Source of the DNA: Clostridiales bacterium
GTDB taxonomy: Bacteria; Bacillota; Clostridia; Acetivibrionales; JBDMZA01
Reading direction: 5' to 3'
DNA: 32,826 bases
NCBI GenBank assembly: GCA_039770155.1
Contig: JBDMZA010000014.1
Location: forward strand, 1-32,826
The translations under genes were made by a program, and so were the position numbers. Under the pieces are notes generated by a model, which worked only from the letters and a program-made list of their open reading frames with translations, searched no databases and was not told the origin of the DNA. Shown piece after piece: positions 24,915 to 32,727 of this stretch. The first letter of the stretch is position 1. Each line of letters begins with the position of its first letter.

Positions 24915-25229
24915 ATGTTTAGAATTGCCAGTATAATGTATGTTTATAAAGAGAAATATGTAGAATACAAAAAAAGACATGATAAATTATGGCCTGAAAT
25001 GGAAAAAACCCTAAAGGATCATGGTGCAAATAACTATTCAATCTTTTTAGAACCCAATTCAGGACAACTCTTTGCCTATCTTGAAGTAGAAAGCAAAGAA
25101 AAGTGGTCAAAAATTTCAAAAACAGACATATGTAAAAAATGGTGGGATTATATGGAACCTTTGATGGAAACTAATCCCGATAACAGCCCTAAATCAACAA
25201 ACTTAGAAGAAGTTTTTTATTTGAAATAA
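24915..25229 (+). CDS. rhaM: L-rhamnose mutarotase
   Basis: 104 aa, collinear with E. coli YiiL/RhaM as I recall it ([23 protein letters not shown] ... [17 protein letters not shown] ... EEVFYL). AGGAGG lies 7 nt upstream of the ATG at 24915. Confidence 0.85.
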   Translation: MFRIASIMYVYKEKYVEYKKRHDKLWPEMEKTLKDHGANNYSIFLEPNSGQLFAYLEVESKEKWSKISKTDICKKWWDYMEPLMETNPDNSPKSTNLEEVFYLK

Positions 25230-25236
25230 ATTTATA

Positions 25237-25262
25237 TTAGGCATAATCAAAAATTCCATAAA
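25237..25262 (+). repeat. Family A left-end fragment truncated by a family B element
   Basis: TTAGGCATAATCAAAAATTCCATAAA matches the first 26 nt of family A. Confidence 0.7.
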
Positions 25263-25363
25263 GAGAACCTAAAAAATAATATCACATTTTTGAGAATAAA
25301 TTCCTATGTTTTAATCGAATTTCATACAGAGAGGATTTGATATTATTTTTCAGTTTCTTCTAA
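25261..25363. repeat. Family B variant (B2-type left arm) overlapping the 3' end of the OYE gene
   Basis: The left end is AAGAGAACCTAAAAAATAATATCACATTTTT. The right end GATATTATTTTTCAGTTTCTTCTAA matches GGTATTATTTTTTAGGTTCTCCTAA at 21 of 25 positions. Confidence 0.7.
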
Positions 25364-26551
25364 ATAACACTTTGTAGGTTTTCCTGAATCACACATAACC
25401 GCACACATATTACAATTGGTACATTTTGATTGATAACCTTTAAAATCAATAATCTTTTCTACAAAATCATGTTCACATATAAAAGGTCTTGATAAACTTA
25501 CATAATCACAATAATTATTCGTTATTGCATCAAATATTTCTGTTTCTGATCTAAAACCGCCAACACAAATTATAGGTATTTTTGTTAAAGATTTTGCTAT
25601 TTTTGCATACTCTAAATTATATACAGGTTTAAAAGATTTAATTTTAGATTTTAAAAATGGTAATAGAACTGCACTTTTCATGTTATTTACCATATTAGGG
25701 CTGTATTTCAGTATTGGATTATACTTCATAATTGTTTTCAAAGGAACTCCACCTCGGAATATATTTAAAGCAAAATCCATTGTTCCATTACTGATTTCAA
25801 TAGCATCAACTTCTTTTGAATCTAAAAATTTAATAAGATTTGTAAACTGTTGCTTACTAAAGCTATTAAAATAATCGTCATCGCTACTTATCTTAACCAA
25901 TATAGGAAAATATTCACCACATTTTTCTCTTATTTCATCAATAATCATACTTAAAAAGTTTATACCTATTTTTGTATTAATATCAACCCCAAATTCATCT
26001 TCTCTATTATTTATTGAAGATAGAATTGATTGATGCACTAAATATCCATGTCCTGATTGTATCTGTATACCGTCAAATCCTGCTTTTTTAGCATAAAAAG
26101 CAGATTCACCAAATTTTTTAACAATAAATTTAATTAAATCTTTATTTAAAATCATTGGCTTTTCATTAAAGTAAAAAGATTTTTTATTAGAGAATCCATA
26201 AACTTTAAAGCCAGTGTTAATTTTTCTTGTTTGCCTTCCTGCATGTGATAATTGAATAAAAATTCTACAACCATAATTATGAACTTTATCAGTAACTAAA
26301 GAAAAATGATGAATCATCTTCTCTTCATCAATAGCAGACTGTCTTTGTTGAATTGATTTACCTTCTTTTGATACATATGAGAATCCTGTAATTATAGCTC
26401 CCACACTACTTTTAGCAAGTTTTTCATAGTATTTTATATATTCTGGCAAAGGTATCCCCTCTAAATCACACATCCCTTCATATGTAGCAGAACGAAAAAT
26501 TCTATTCTTTATAAAGCATCTGTTTATTTTTGTCAATTCAATTATTTCCAA
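25343..26551 (-). CDS. Old-yellow-enzyme family NADH:flavin oxidoreductase with a C-terminal Cys cluster
   Basis: 402 aa with FRSATYEG, IQLSHAGRQT, a GHGYLVHQ TIM-barrel OYE motif and a C-terminal CTNCNMCAVMC ... C motif. TTG start 7 nt after AAGGAGAGG. Confidence 0.8.
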   Translation of the reverse strand: MEIIELTKINRCFIKNRIFRSATYEGMCDLEGIPLPEYIKYYEKLAKSSVGAIITGFSYVSKEGKSIQQRQSAIDEEKMIHHFSLVTDKVHNYGCRIFIQLSHAGRQTRKINTGFKVYGFSNKKSFYFNEKPMILNKDLIKFIVKKFGESAFYAKKAGFDGIQIQSGHGYLVHQSILSSINNREDEFGVDINTKIGINFLSMIIDEIREKCGEYFPILVKISSDDDYFNSFSKQQFTNLIKFLDSKEVDAIEISNGTMDFALNIFRGGVPLKTIMKYNPILKYSPNMVNNMKSAVLLPFLKSKIKSFKPVYNLEYAKIAKSLTKIPIICVGGFRSETEIFDAITNNYCDYVSLSRPFICEHDFVEKIIDFKGYQSKCTNCNMCAVMCDSGKPTKCYLEETEK

Positions 26552-26584
26552 TTCTAAACCTCTCCTTAAGAAAATCTAAACATC

Positions 26585-26655
26585 TTAGGATAGCCTAAAA
26601 AATAAACTCTAATTCTTGAGTATAAAATTCAGCAGCATTTTTTAGGTTCTCCTAA
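26585..26655 (+). repeat. Family B (B1) element with an internal deletion (71 bp)
   Basis: TTAGGATAGCCTAAAAAATAAACTCTAATTCTTGAGTATAAAATTCAGCAGCATTTTTTAGGTTCTCCTAA. Confidence 0.85.
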
Positions 26656-26834
26656 TATGGATAGCGCCTTATATATTCTATAAACAATCTCAATATTACA
26701 TATCAAAATAAAATTGTATTCTTTTAATTTTAAAAAAATTCCTATTTTATTTATAATGGGTTTTTCCAATGATTTCTTCGTAATTATAACCTAATTTAGT
26801 CAAAAAAAACAGATTTATTTCTTTAAATATTTGT

Positions 26835-26876
26835 CTTCAAAAAAAGTTGTCTAGTTTATTTTTTGATTCTGCCTTA
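26835..26876 (+). repeat. Family A right-half fragment
   Basis: CTTCAAAAAAAGTTGTCTAGTTTATTTTTTGATTCTGCCTTA. It ends immediately before the stop codon of the 26877-27950 gene. Confidence 0.8.
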
Positions 26877-27950
26877 TTACAATATATTTTTAATAATATT
26901 ACTAAAATTAATGAAGAGATTGTTTTTACCAATAAAAACAAAATTATTTCTATATTCAGGATATTGTTTTAAAATTTTATCAACTGAGATGCAAGGATCA
27001 TTAGTCTTTAAATTCAGAGATTTTTTTATTTGTTCATATGTTTCACATAATTTTTTATTTTTTTGCTGATGATATTTTTGGAATTTATAAGTTTTTGAAA
27101 TAGGTTGATTTTGATGTGGTTCATCAAAAGTAAATTTCAGATTATTTTTATTAAGATTTATATTTTTTGATGAGTATCCTATATTTTTTAAGACATCAAC
27201 TAAAGCATTACCAAAATTCATATTTTCAAAATTTATTTCTATATCCATTTTTAGTTGAGAAGGTTCAGAAAATTCACCAGGCTTGAAGGCTGTTAACCAC
27301 CAATGTCTACCTTCTCTAAACAAAATTTCTTTATTATTTTTTTTCAAAGAAAAAGACATTTTTAAATAAAACTCATCATTAACACAGTTATAAAAGTTAT
27401 AGCCATTAATTTTTTCATTTTTTTCATATATTCCTATTTCACAACCTGTAGATAAATCATATTGACCCTTCCATAATTCTATCATCCATTTTTTATTATT
27501 GTATTCAAAAAAAATTGGTTCGCAGTCTATTACCATACCCATGTGTATTGATAATTCATCATACAAATGACAATAACCCAATTTTTTTTGCCAAGGATCA
27601 ATACCAGAATAATATATATCTTGATTTTTATCATATATAAAACCAAAATTTTCGATAGTTTCTGAAAGCTCACAATTTTTCATATCTTTTATAACTTTTT
27701 TTTCATCTTTAGATAATGAATATCCAAAATTAGAAAATAATAAACATATTTTTTTCAAATCAGATAAATTCTGCATTTTATTAAAATCTAAATCTTGATT
27801 TTTTTGAAATTTTTTCAAAGCATTAAATGTTTTTTTTCCTAAAAACCCATCTGTTTTTCCACAATCAAATTTTAAATCATTAAGTTTTGATTGTAAGAAT
27901 TCAACATCTTTACTTAACATCGCTGTAAACTTTTCATTTTTAATATTCAC
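26877..27950 (-). CDS. Peptidoglycan-binding-domain protein with a DUF4474-like C-terminal domain
   Basis: The N-terminus has a PG_binding_1-like pattern (VEFLQSKLNDLKFDCGKTDGFLGKKTFNALKKFQ). The central part (DPWQKKLGYCHLYDE ... FFEYNNKKWMIELWKGQYDLSTGCEIGIY) matches my recollection of DUF4474. GTG start after GGGGAGG. Confidence 0.55.
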   Translation of the reverse strand: MNIKNEKFTAMLSKDVEFLQSKLNDLKFDCGKTDGFLGKKTFNALKKFQKNQDLDFNKMQNLSDLKKICLLFSNFGYSLSKDEKKVIKDMKNCELSETIENFGFIYDKNQDIYYSGIDPWQKKLGYCHLYDELSIHMGMVIDCEPIFFEYNNKKWMIELWKGQYDLSTGCEIGIYEKNEKINGYNFYNCVNDEFYLKMSFSLKKNNKEILFREGRHWWLTAFKPGEFSEPSQLKMDIEINFENMNFGNALVDVLKNIGYSSKNINLNKNNLKFTFDEPHQNQPISKTYKFQKYHQQKNKKLCETYEQIKKSLNLKTNDPCISVDKILKQYPEYRNNFVFIGKNNLFINFSNIIKNIL

Positions 27951-27978
27951 AATTTAGCCTCCCCTATCTTTTAATTTA

Positions 27979-28081
27979 ATGAAGCCCTAAAAAAACAATA
28001 TCTTATTTTCCATATTTTAGTACTACTAAAATATTGTACTTCATTATTTTAAAATGTAAATTTATTTTTAGATGTTTCTAA
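27979..28081 (-). repeat. Family B variant (B2-like)
   Basis: ATGAAGCCCTAAAAAAACAATATC ... TTTTAAAATGTAAATTTATTTTTAGATGTTTCTAA. The right arm parallels 21061-21092. Confidence 0.6.
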
Positions 28082-28113
28082 CAATTAATTCTTTCTAACT
28101 TTATTTTATAAAA

Positions 28114-28148
28114 AATATCCTAAAAATAAAATATGTGGATATTATTTA
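28114..28148. repeat. Degenerate family-B-like mini element
   Basis: AATATCCTAAAAATAAAATATGTGGATATTATTTA contains a B terminus-like motif and its approximate complement. Confidence 0.3.
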
Positions 28149-28193
28149 TAATATAATATTAATAAATAAAAATTAAGAATTAACTATTATAGA

Positions 28194-28266
28194 TAAGGAT
28201 AGGCTGAAAATTAAGTTTCACAAATTCACACTCGAAAATTAAGGTTTATTTCTTGATTATGCCTAA
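28194..28266. repeat. Chimeric element: degenerate B1 body ending in a family A terminus
   Basis: TAAGGATAGGCTGAAAATTAAG ... AAATTCACACTCGAAAATTAAGGTTTATTTCTTGATTATGCCTAA. The right arm is collinear with 13131-13168, but the last ~12 nt are the A terminus. Confidence 0.75.
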
Positions 28267-28317
28267 TAATTTCAATAAATTATTAGTTAATAACTAAAAT
28301 ATATGATAAAATTACTT

Positions 28318-28349
28318 CTGAAAATAAAATCTAATTCTTGAGATGGAGT
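28318..28349 (+). repeat. Family B1 left-arm fragment containing the RBS of the kinase-fold gene
   Basis: CTGAAAATAAAATCTAATTCTTGAGATGGAGT parallels AAAAAATAAACTCTAATTCTCGAGTATGAAT. Confidence 0.55.
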
Positions 28350-28355
28350 ATAATA

Positions 28356-29321
28356 ATGAATGATATCTTTCAAAAAATAACACTCAAAGCTACAAATTCC
28401 AAAAAAATATACAAAATTGAGGAAATACAAAATCTTTGGAGTGGATATGGGAAAATTATACGTTATGGACTTGACGGTTCAAATATAAAAAGTGTGGTTG
28501 TAAAAAATGTATGTTTACCTAAAAATAATAAATCCTCTCGTAAATATGCTCTCTCACATCAGAGAAAAATAAACTCTTATAAAGTAGAAATGTCTTTTTA
28601 TAAAAATTGGAGCAACAAGTGTAATAATGATTGTAAAGTGCCCACTTGGTATGCTCTTGAATGGTTAAATGATGAGTTTTTAATGGTTTTTGAAGACTTA
28701 GATGACAGTGGTTTTGGCAAAAGAAAAACCAGTGTAACATGGAATGAAGTTCGTACTTGTTTAAAATGGTTAGCTAATTTTCATGCTACTTTTATGGGAG
28801 AAAAACCTGAAAAATTATGGTCAAAAGGTACATACTGGCACTTAGAAACTCGTCCAGATGAATTAAAAGCACTAAAAGATATTAAATTAAAGAATGCAGC
28901 TAAAACTATCGATCAAAAGCTACAAAACTGTAAGTTTAAAACACTTGTTCATGGTGATGCTAAATTAGAAAATTTCTGTTTTTCTTCAGATGGAAATAAT
29001 GTTGCGACAGTAGATTTTCAATATACTGGTGGAGGATGCGGTATGAAAGATCTTGCTTATTTTATTGGTAGTTGCTTTTATGAAGATGAATATGAAAACT
29101 GGGAAACAGAAATTTTAGAATTTTATTTCCAAGAACTAAAAAAAGGCTTGGATATACAAAAAAAAATTCTTGATTTTACTAAACTAGAAAGGGAATGGCG
29201 AAAATTATATCCATTAGCGTGGACAGATTTTCACCGTTTTATCAAAGGATGGGGTTCATATCATTTTGCAAAAAACAGCTATAGTGAGCGAATTGCTCGT
29301 AAAGTTATAAGCGAGTTATAA
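28356..29321 (+). CDS. Protein-kinase-fold phosphotransferase (APH / choline-kinase / ecdysteroid-kinase-like)
   Basis: It has the catalytic loop LVHGDAKLENFCF and the metal-binding VDFQYTGGG motif. The ATG at 28356 lies 7 nt after GGAG and is preferred over the TTG at 28338. Confidence 0.7.
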   Translation: MNDIFQKITLKATNSKKIYKIEEIQNLWSGYGKIIRYGLDGSNIKSVVVKNVCLPKNNKSSRKYALSHQRKINSYKVEMSFYKNWSNKCNNDCKVPTWYALEWLNDEFLMVFEDLDDSGFGKRKTSVTWNEVRTCLKWLANFHATFMGEKPEKLWSKGTYWHLETRPDELKALKDIKLKNAAKTIDQKLQNCKFKTLVHGDAKLENFCFSSDGNNVATVDFQYTGGGCGMKDLAYFIGSCFYEDEYENWETEILEFYFQELKKGLDIQKKILDFTKLEREWRKLYPLAWTDFHRFIKGWGSYHFAKNSYSERIARKVISEL

Positions 29322-29331
29322 CATAATAATA

Positions 29332-29378
29332 GTGATCCTAGGATTTTGAAAATGTGATATTATTTTTTGGCTTTTCTA
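29332..29378. repeat. Family B short form (B2 subfamily)
   Basis: The reverse complement GAAAAGCCAAAAAATAATATCACATTTTCAAAATCCTAGGATCAC parallels 21033-21070. Its end contains the GNAT stop codon (CTA at 29376-29378). Confidence 0.6.
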
Positions 29379-30263
29379 TATATGAAAATTGTATGGAAAC
29401 ATAAATCTATAATCAAAATTAGTTCCATTTGTTTTTATATGAAAGTCATAATCACCATCTGTATAGAGTTCGCTTTCAATATCTACTTCCCCAAAATTTG
29501 GTGTAAATAAAAAATTGATACGATTTATATCATCTGAAACAATATTCTCCAGAATAATTCTAATATCAGTATTAATATCTGAAAAGACATTATATATATC
29601 AATTTCATCTTCATTTTTTTTACATATCAACACTAAATTAAAATCTTTAAAATAGTAAATATCTTCACTAAATAAGTTCATTAGATGCCAAGCCAAAATG
29701 TTATTTGAATTATATACCTTAAATTTTTCAGATAAAAGTTTATTATTTTTTGATAATCTTAAAGCTAAATCTAAATCATCTTTATTATCTATATTAATTT
29801 TTCTGGACTCTATGTTGTTCCTAGATTTAAAATTGTTTTTTGTATAAAATTTATACTCATTTATTATTCTAAATCCAAATTTATTATAGAAAGTTTTAAC
29901 ATCTTTATTCCCAAATAAAAATATTAAATCACTTTTCCCACTGTATTCATCCAATACATTTTTTATTAGTTTTGAAGCAAAACCTTTGTTTCTATATTCT
30001 GGAGATGTCATTACAGTTCCTATTTGAATTGAATTTATATTTTTATTATTTGAATTTATACTTTGTTTAGTAATAGAAACATTTGAAATAATATTTTCAT
30101 TTTCAAAAATAGAATAACACACATATCTATCATCCCAAAACCCGGCTTGATACCATTTTTCAAAATCTATTCCAAAAACTTTATTTGCCAGATTGTTAAA
30201 ACTTCTCCTATACTCATAATTTTCTTTATAATCATAAATCAATTCACAATTCATTAAATTCAT
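29376..30263 (-). CDS. GNAT-family N-acetyltransferase with an extra C-terminal domain
   Basis: 295 aa with acetyl-CoA binding motif A (IQIGTVMTSPEYRNKGFASKLIKNV). AAGGAG RBS. Confidence 0.7.
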   Translation of the reverse strand: MNLMNCELIYDYKENYEYRRSFNNLANKVFGIDFEKWYQAGFWDDRYVCYSIFENENIISNVSITKQSINSNNKNINSIQIGTVMTSPEYRNKGFASKLIKNVLDEYSGKSDLIFLFGNKDVKTFYNKFGFRIINEYKFYTKNNFKSRNNIESRKINIDNKDDLDLALRLSKNNKLLSEKFKVYNSNNILAWHLMNLFSEDIYYFKDFNLVLICKKNEDEIDIYNVFSDINTDIRIILENIVSDDINRINFLFTPNFGEVDIESELYTDGDYDFHIKTNGTNFDYRFMFPYNFHI

Positions 30264-30267
30264 CTCC

Positions 30268-30314
30268 TTAGAACCTAATAAAAAATAATTAGAATTATTT
30301 TTTGATATCCATTA
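30268..30314 (-). repeat. Minimal family B element (termini only, 47 bp)
   Basis: TTAGAACCTAATAAAAAATAATTAGAATTATTTTTTGATATCCATTA. Confidence 0.7.
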
Positions 30315-30340
30315 TATATATATATCGGTTTTTAAAAAGA

Positions 30341-30979
30341 TTATTTTAAAAAATCTATTATATCTTTTAAATCATTTGTTGCTATATATTCATCTGATAT
30401 ATTTATTAATGCATTGGAAAAATTAATAGCAATTCTTTTTCCACAATTATCAAATATATTCATATCTGAAATGCTATCCCCCACAGCTATACAATCTTTC
30501 ATTTTAATTTTATTTTTTTTACAAAATTCTTTTAATCTCAATAATTTATTTTCACCATTTAAATGTACCTTCATATCACCTGTGAATTTTCCTTCTTTTA
30601 ATTCTAAATCACTTCCAATATATTCATCAAACTTATATTTATCTGAAATTATTTTAGCTATAACACTAGGACCAGTAGTTATAAGAAAGATTTTCATATT
30701 TTGTTCTTTTATTGATTCTACACATTCCTCTATACCTTCATTTAACTTCATTTCTGAATTGAAAAAATCTTTAATCTTTGATTCTAATAAACCTTCTAAA
30801 AGTTTTACTCTTAAATAATCAGATTTTATCCAGGTAATTTCATTCTCTCTTTCCTTTTGTTCTATATCTTTTAGTTCTTTTTCTTTTTTATTTAATATAC
30901 AAAGATAATCAATAGACTTTGTGTTTTGAAAAAATGAACCGTCCATATCAAAACAAACTGCTTTATACTTTTTTTTCAA
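30341..30979 (-). CDS. HAD-superfamily hydrolase (subfamily IB, phosphoserine-phosphatase-like)
   Basis: It has motif I (CFDMDGS) and motif IV (AVGDSISDMNIF). The TTG at 30979 lies 6 nt after GAGGTG and is preferred over the ATG at 31000, which has no RBS. Confidence 0.75.
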   Translation of the reverse strand: MKKKYKAVCFDMDGSFFQNTKSIDYLCILNKKEKELKDIEQKERENEITWIKSDYLRVKLLEGLLESKIKDFFNSEMKLNEGIEECVESIKEQNMKIFLITTGPSVIAKIISDKYKFDEYIGSDLELKEGKFTGDMKVHLNGENKLLRLKEFCKKNKIKMKDCIAVGDSISDMNIFDNCGKRIAINFSNALINISDEYIATNDLKDIIDFLK

Positions 30980-31025
30980 AACTAACACCTCATTCCACAT
31001 TTTTTTTATTTATATTTTAATTATA

Positions 31026-31115
31026 TTAGGAGAACCTAAAAAATAATACAGCATACTGACAAGTCCATATGATTCATTAATCGATTATGACAACTTGCTT
31101 TTACAATATCCCTAA
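31026..31115 (-). repeat. Family B variant with a divergent interior
   Basis: TTAGGAGAACCTAAAAAATAATACAGC ... ACAATATCCCTAA. Confidence 0.65.
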
Positions 31116-31281
31116 TCAGTAGAGTATAATTATTATCATCCCAATAACAATGAAATTATTAATTACAGTAAATTTTTTATAGTAATTTTTTATTAGAAAT
31201 ATATATTAAATTATCTTATGTAGGTTTGAATAGATTATTACATTACATATAATTAAAATAAACTAAATTTTTAACCCAATG

Positions 31282-31378
31282 TTAGAGATATCAAAAAATA
31301 AACCTTAATTCTTGAATATAAATTCATATGAATTAAGTAAACTTAAAACAAATAGTATTATTTTTCAGATTATCCTTA
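31282..31378 (+). repeat. Family B (B1) element, diverged full-length copy
   Basis: TTAGAGATATCAAAAAATAAACCTTAATTCTTGAATATAAATTCATATGAATTAAGTAAACTTAAAACAAATAGTATTATTTTTCAGATTATCCTTA is collinear with the reference copy. Confidence 0.8.
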
Positions 31379-31643
31379 TATTATAAAAACACTAAAATAA
31401 ATTCTCTCTATTTGTTTTGCATTAATTATAGCACATGAAAGCAAATAGCTACAATCTAAATTTTCATAAAATTCTTTTTATCTAAAATCACTTTGAAATG
31501 AAATATAGATTATTTTGTTGTATTTTGTCATTTTATTTGTTATAATATAAGAAATACACTTCAAATATATTTTTTCAGTCACTATAAGTTCATTAGTTTA
31601 CTCCTATAATTTTACGTTTATTATTTGAAAGTGAGGTACTTTT

Positions 31644-32603
31644 ATGAAGAAAAAAATATTTACAATTTATATTTTTTCCATAATCTTCTTAACTTCATCA
31701 TTATTTTCAAATGTTAAACCACAATACCATAAAATCAAGTCTACAAGCTTAAGTACAAAAAAAACATTTTCAAAAACTAATAATTCAAAACCAGTATTAT
31801 TTATAAATAACAATTTAATATTAAATAAAACTTCACTATATATAGATTATTATTTGTATATTTCTTTAGAACTAATTTGTAATAATTTAGGTATAAACTA
31901 TACTTATAATAAAAACATTGTTTCTTTTAGAAAAAACAATAAAAAACTCCACTTTAAAATTAATAAAATTAAAAACAATACAAAATATATTTCCTATAAC
32001 CAACTAGTTATTTTATTAAAAAAATATAATGCAGATTATTCATGGAATTTAAAGAGTAAAACATTAAAAATAAATCATGATATTTATGATAATAATTTTA
32101 CAAAAGAAGATGCAATAAATAATGTTTCAGTGATTTTTTCAAACAATGCACAAGGAAGTTCTGTTTTAATTGATAAATATACATTACTTACATGTTGGCA
32201 TGTTATTGAAGATTTTAATTATGATTTAAATAATATAGTAGTAGGAGATGCAAATATTGATGTGCTAGGATTAAGAAAAGTAGTAAATAATGATTTAGCA
32301 GTATTAGATGTTACAGTAAGAAATAAAAGGGATTATCCTAAATTAAATGTTGCTTATAAATGGAATAGAGTCACCTCAATAGGGTTTCCAAACACCTCTT
32401 TTTCAATAACAACTGGTCAAATAACAAATGTTAAACAGTTTTATAAATATCCTTCGGATACTAGTTACACAATTGAAAATCAATCTGATGTAAAAATAAA
32501 TCATGGAAGTTCAGGCGGTGCATTATACAATGCAAAATATGAATTAATAGGAATAACCAATGCCTTTGATAAAAAACATTCATATTCACTTCCAGTAAAA
32601 TAA
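31644..32603 (+). CDS. Secreted trypsin-like (S1) serine protease with an N-terminal copper-amine-oxidase-N-like/stalk domain
   Basis: It has a signal peptide and a catalytic triad context: TCWHVIE (His), NDLAVLDV (Asp) and NHGSSGGALY (Ser). GAGG RBS. Confidence 0.7.
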   Translation: MKKKIFTIYIFSIIFLTSSLFSNVKPQYHKIKSTSLSTKKTFSKTNNSKPVLFINNNLILNKTSLYIDYYLYISLELICNNLGINYTYNKNIVSFRKNNKKLHFKINKIKNNTKYISYNQLVILLKKYNADYSWNLKSKTLKINHDIYDNNFTKEDAINNVSVIFSNNAQGSSVLIDKYTLLTCWHVIEDFNYDLNNIVVGDANIDVLGLRKVVNNDLAVLDVTVRNKRDYPKLNVAYKWNRVTSIGFPNTSFSITTGQITNVKQFYKYPSDTSYTIENQSDVKINHGSSGGALYNAKYELIGITNAFDKKHSYSLPVK

Positions 32604-32606
32604 ACA

Positions 32607-32631
32607 AGAGAAATGTAAATACACTTCTCTT
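32607..32631 (+). terminator. Weak terminator-like hairpin after the protease gene
   Basis: AGAGAAATGT (32607-32616), loop AAAT, then ACACTTCTCT (32621-32630). That is 9 of 10 bp paired, with only a short T-rich tail. Confidence 0.4.
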
Positions 32632-32634
32632 ATA

Positions 32635-32709
32635 TCAGACATAATCAAAAATTTCACAAAATAGTTTTTTTCTAAAACTATCAATTCTTTACAGCAATTT
32701 GATCCTTTA
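32635..32709 (+). repeat. Family A element, degenerate copy
   Basis: TCAGACATAATCAAAAATTTCACAAAATAGTTTTTTTCT follows the A left arm. The right end AATTTGATCCTTTA resembles TTTTGATCCTGCCTTA. Confidence 0.65.
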
Positions 32710-32727
32710 TTTTTAATTATAACAAAC

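Noticed and set aside
30313-30326. A (TA)7 microsatellite next to the minimal B element.
   Set aside because: It is a short simple repeat in AT-rich spacer DNA. It has no evident relation to a promoter spacer or coding frame, so it is not informative on its own.
390-30818. About 19 short ORFs from the six-frame track lie inside, antisense to or out of frame with the large genes. They are 390-776, 474-656, 2699-2899, 4249-4455, 4677-4913, 6640-6888, 7259-7462, 9435-9722, 9771-10025, 11733-11915, 12280-12534, 18944-19276, 21241-21435, 24260-24511, 24919-25119, 25680-25874, 26863-27069, 28519-28740 and 30414-30818.
   Set aside because: Each is fully nested in a longer ORF with clear family motifs on the other strand or frame. 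They have low-complexity Ile/Phe/Ser/Leu-rich translations, as expected from antisense AT-rich coding DNA, and they lack RBSs.
26877-32603. The accessory gene patch might be a phage-defence island or a toxin-antitoxin locus (a GNAT toxin with a small partner).
   Set aside because: I saw no nuclease, helicase/ATPase, methyltransferase, reverse transcriptase, small antitoxin-like HTH gene or integrase. The GNAT is a 295-aa two-domain protein rather than a ~170-aa TacT/AtaT-type toxin.
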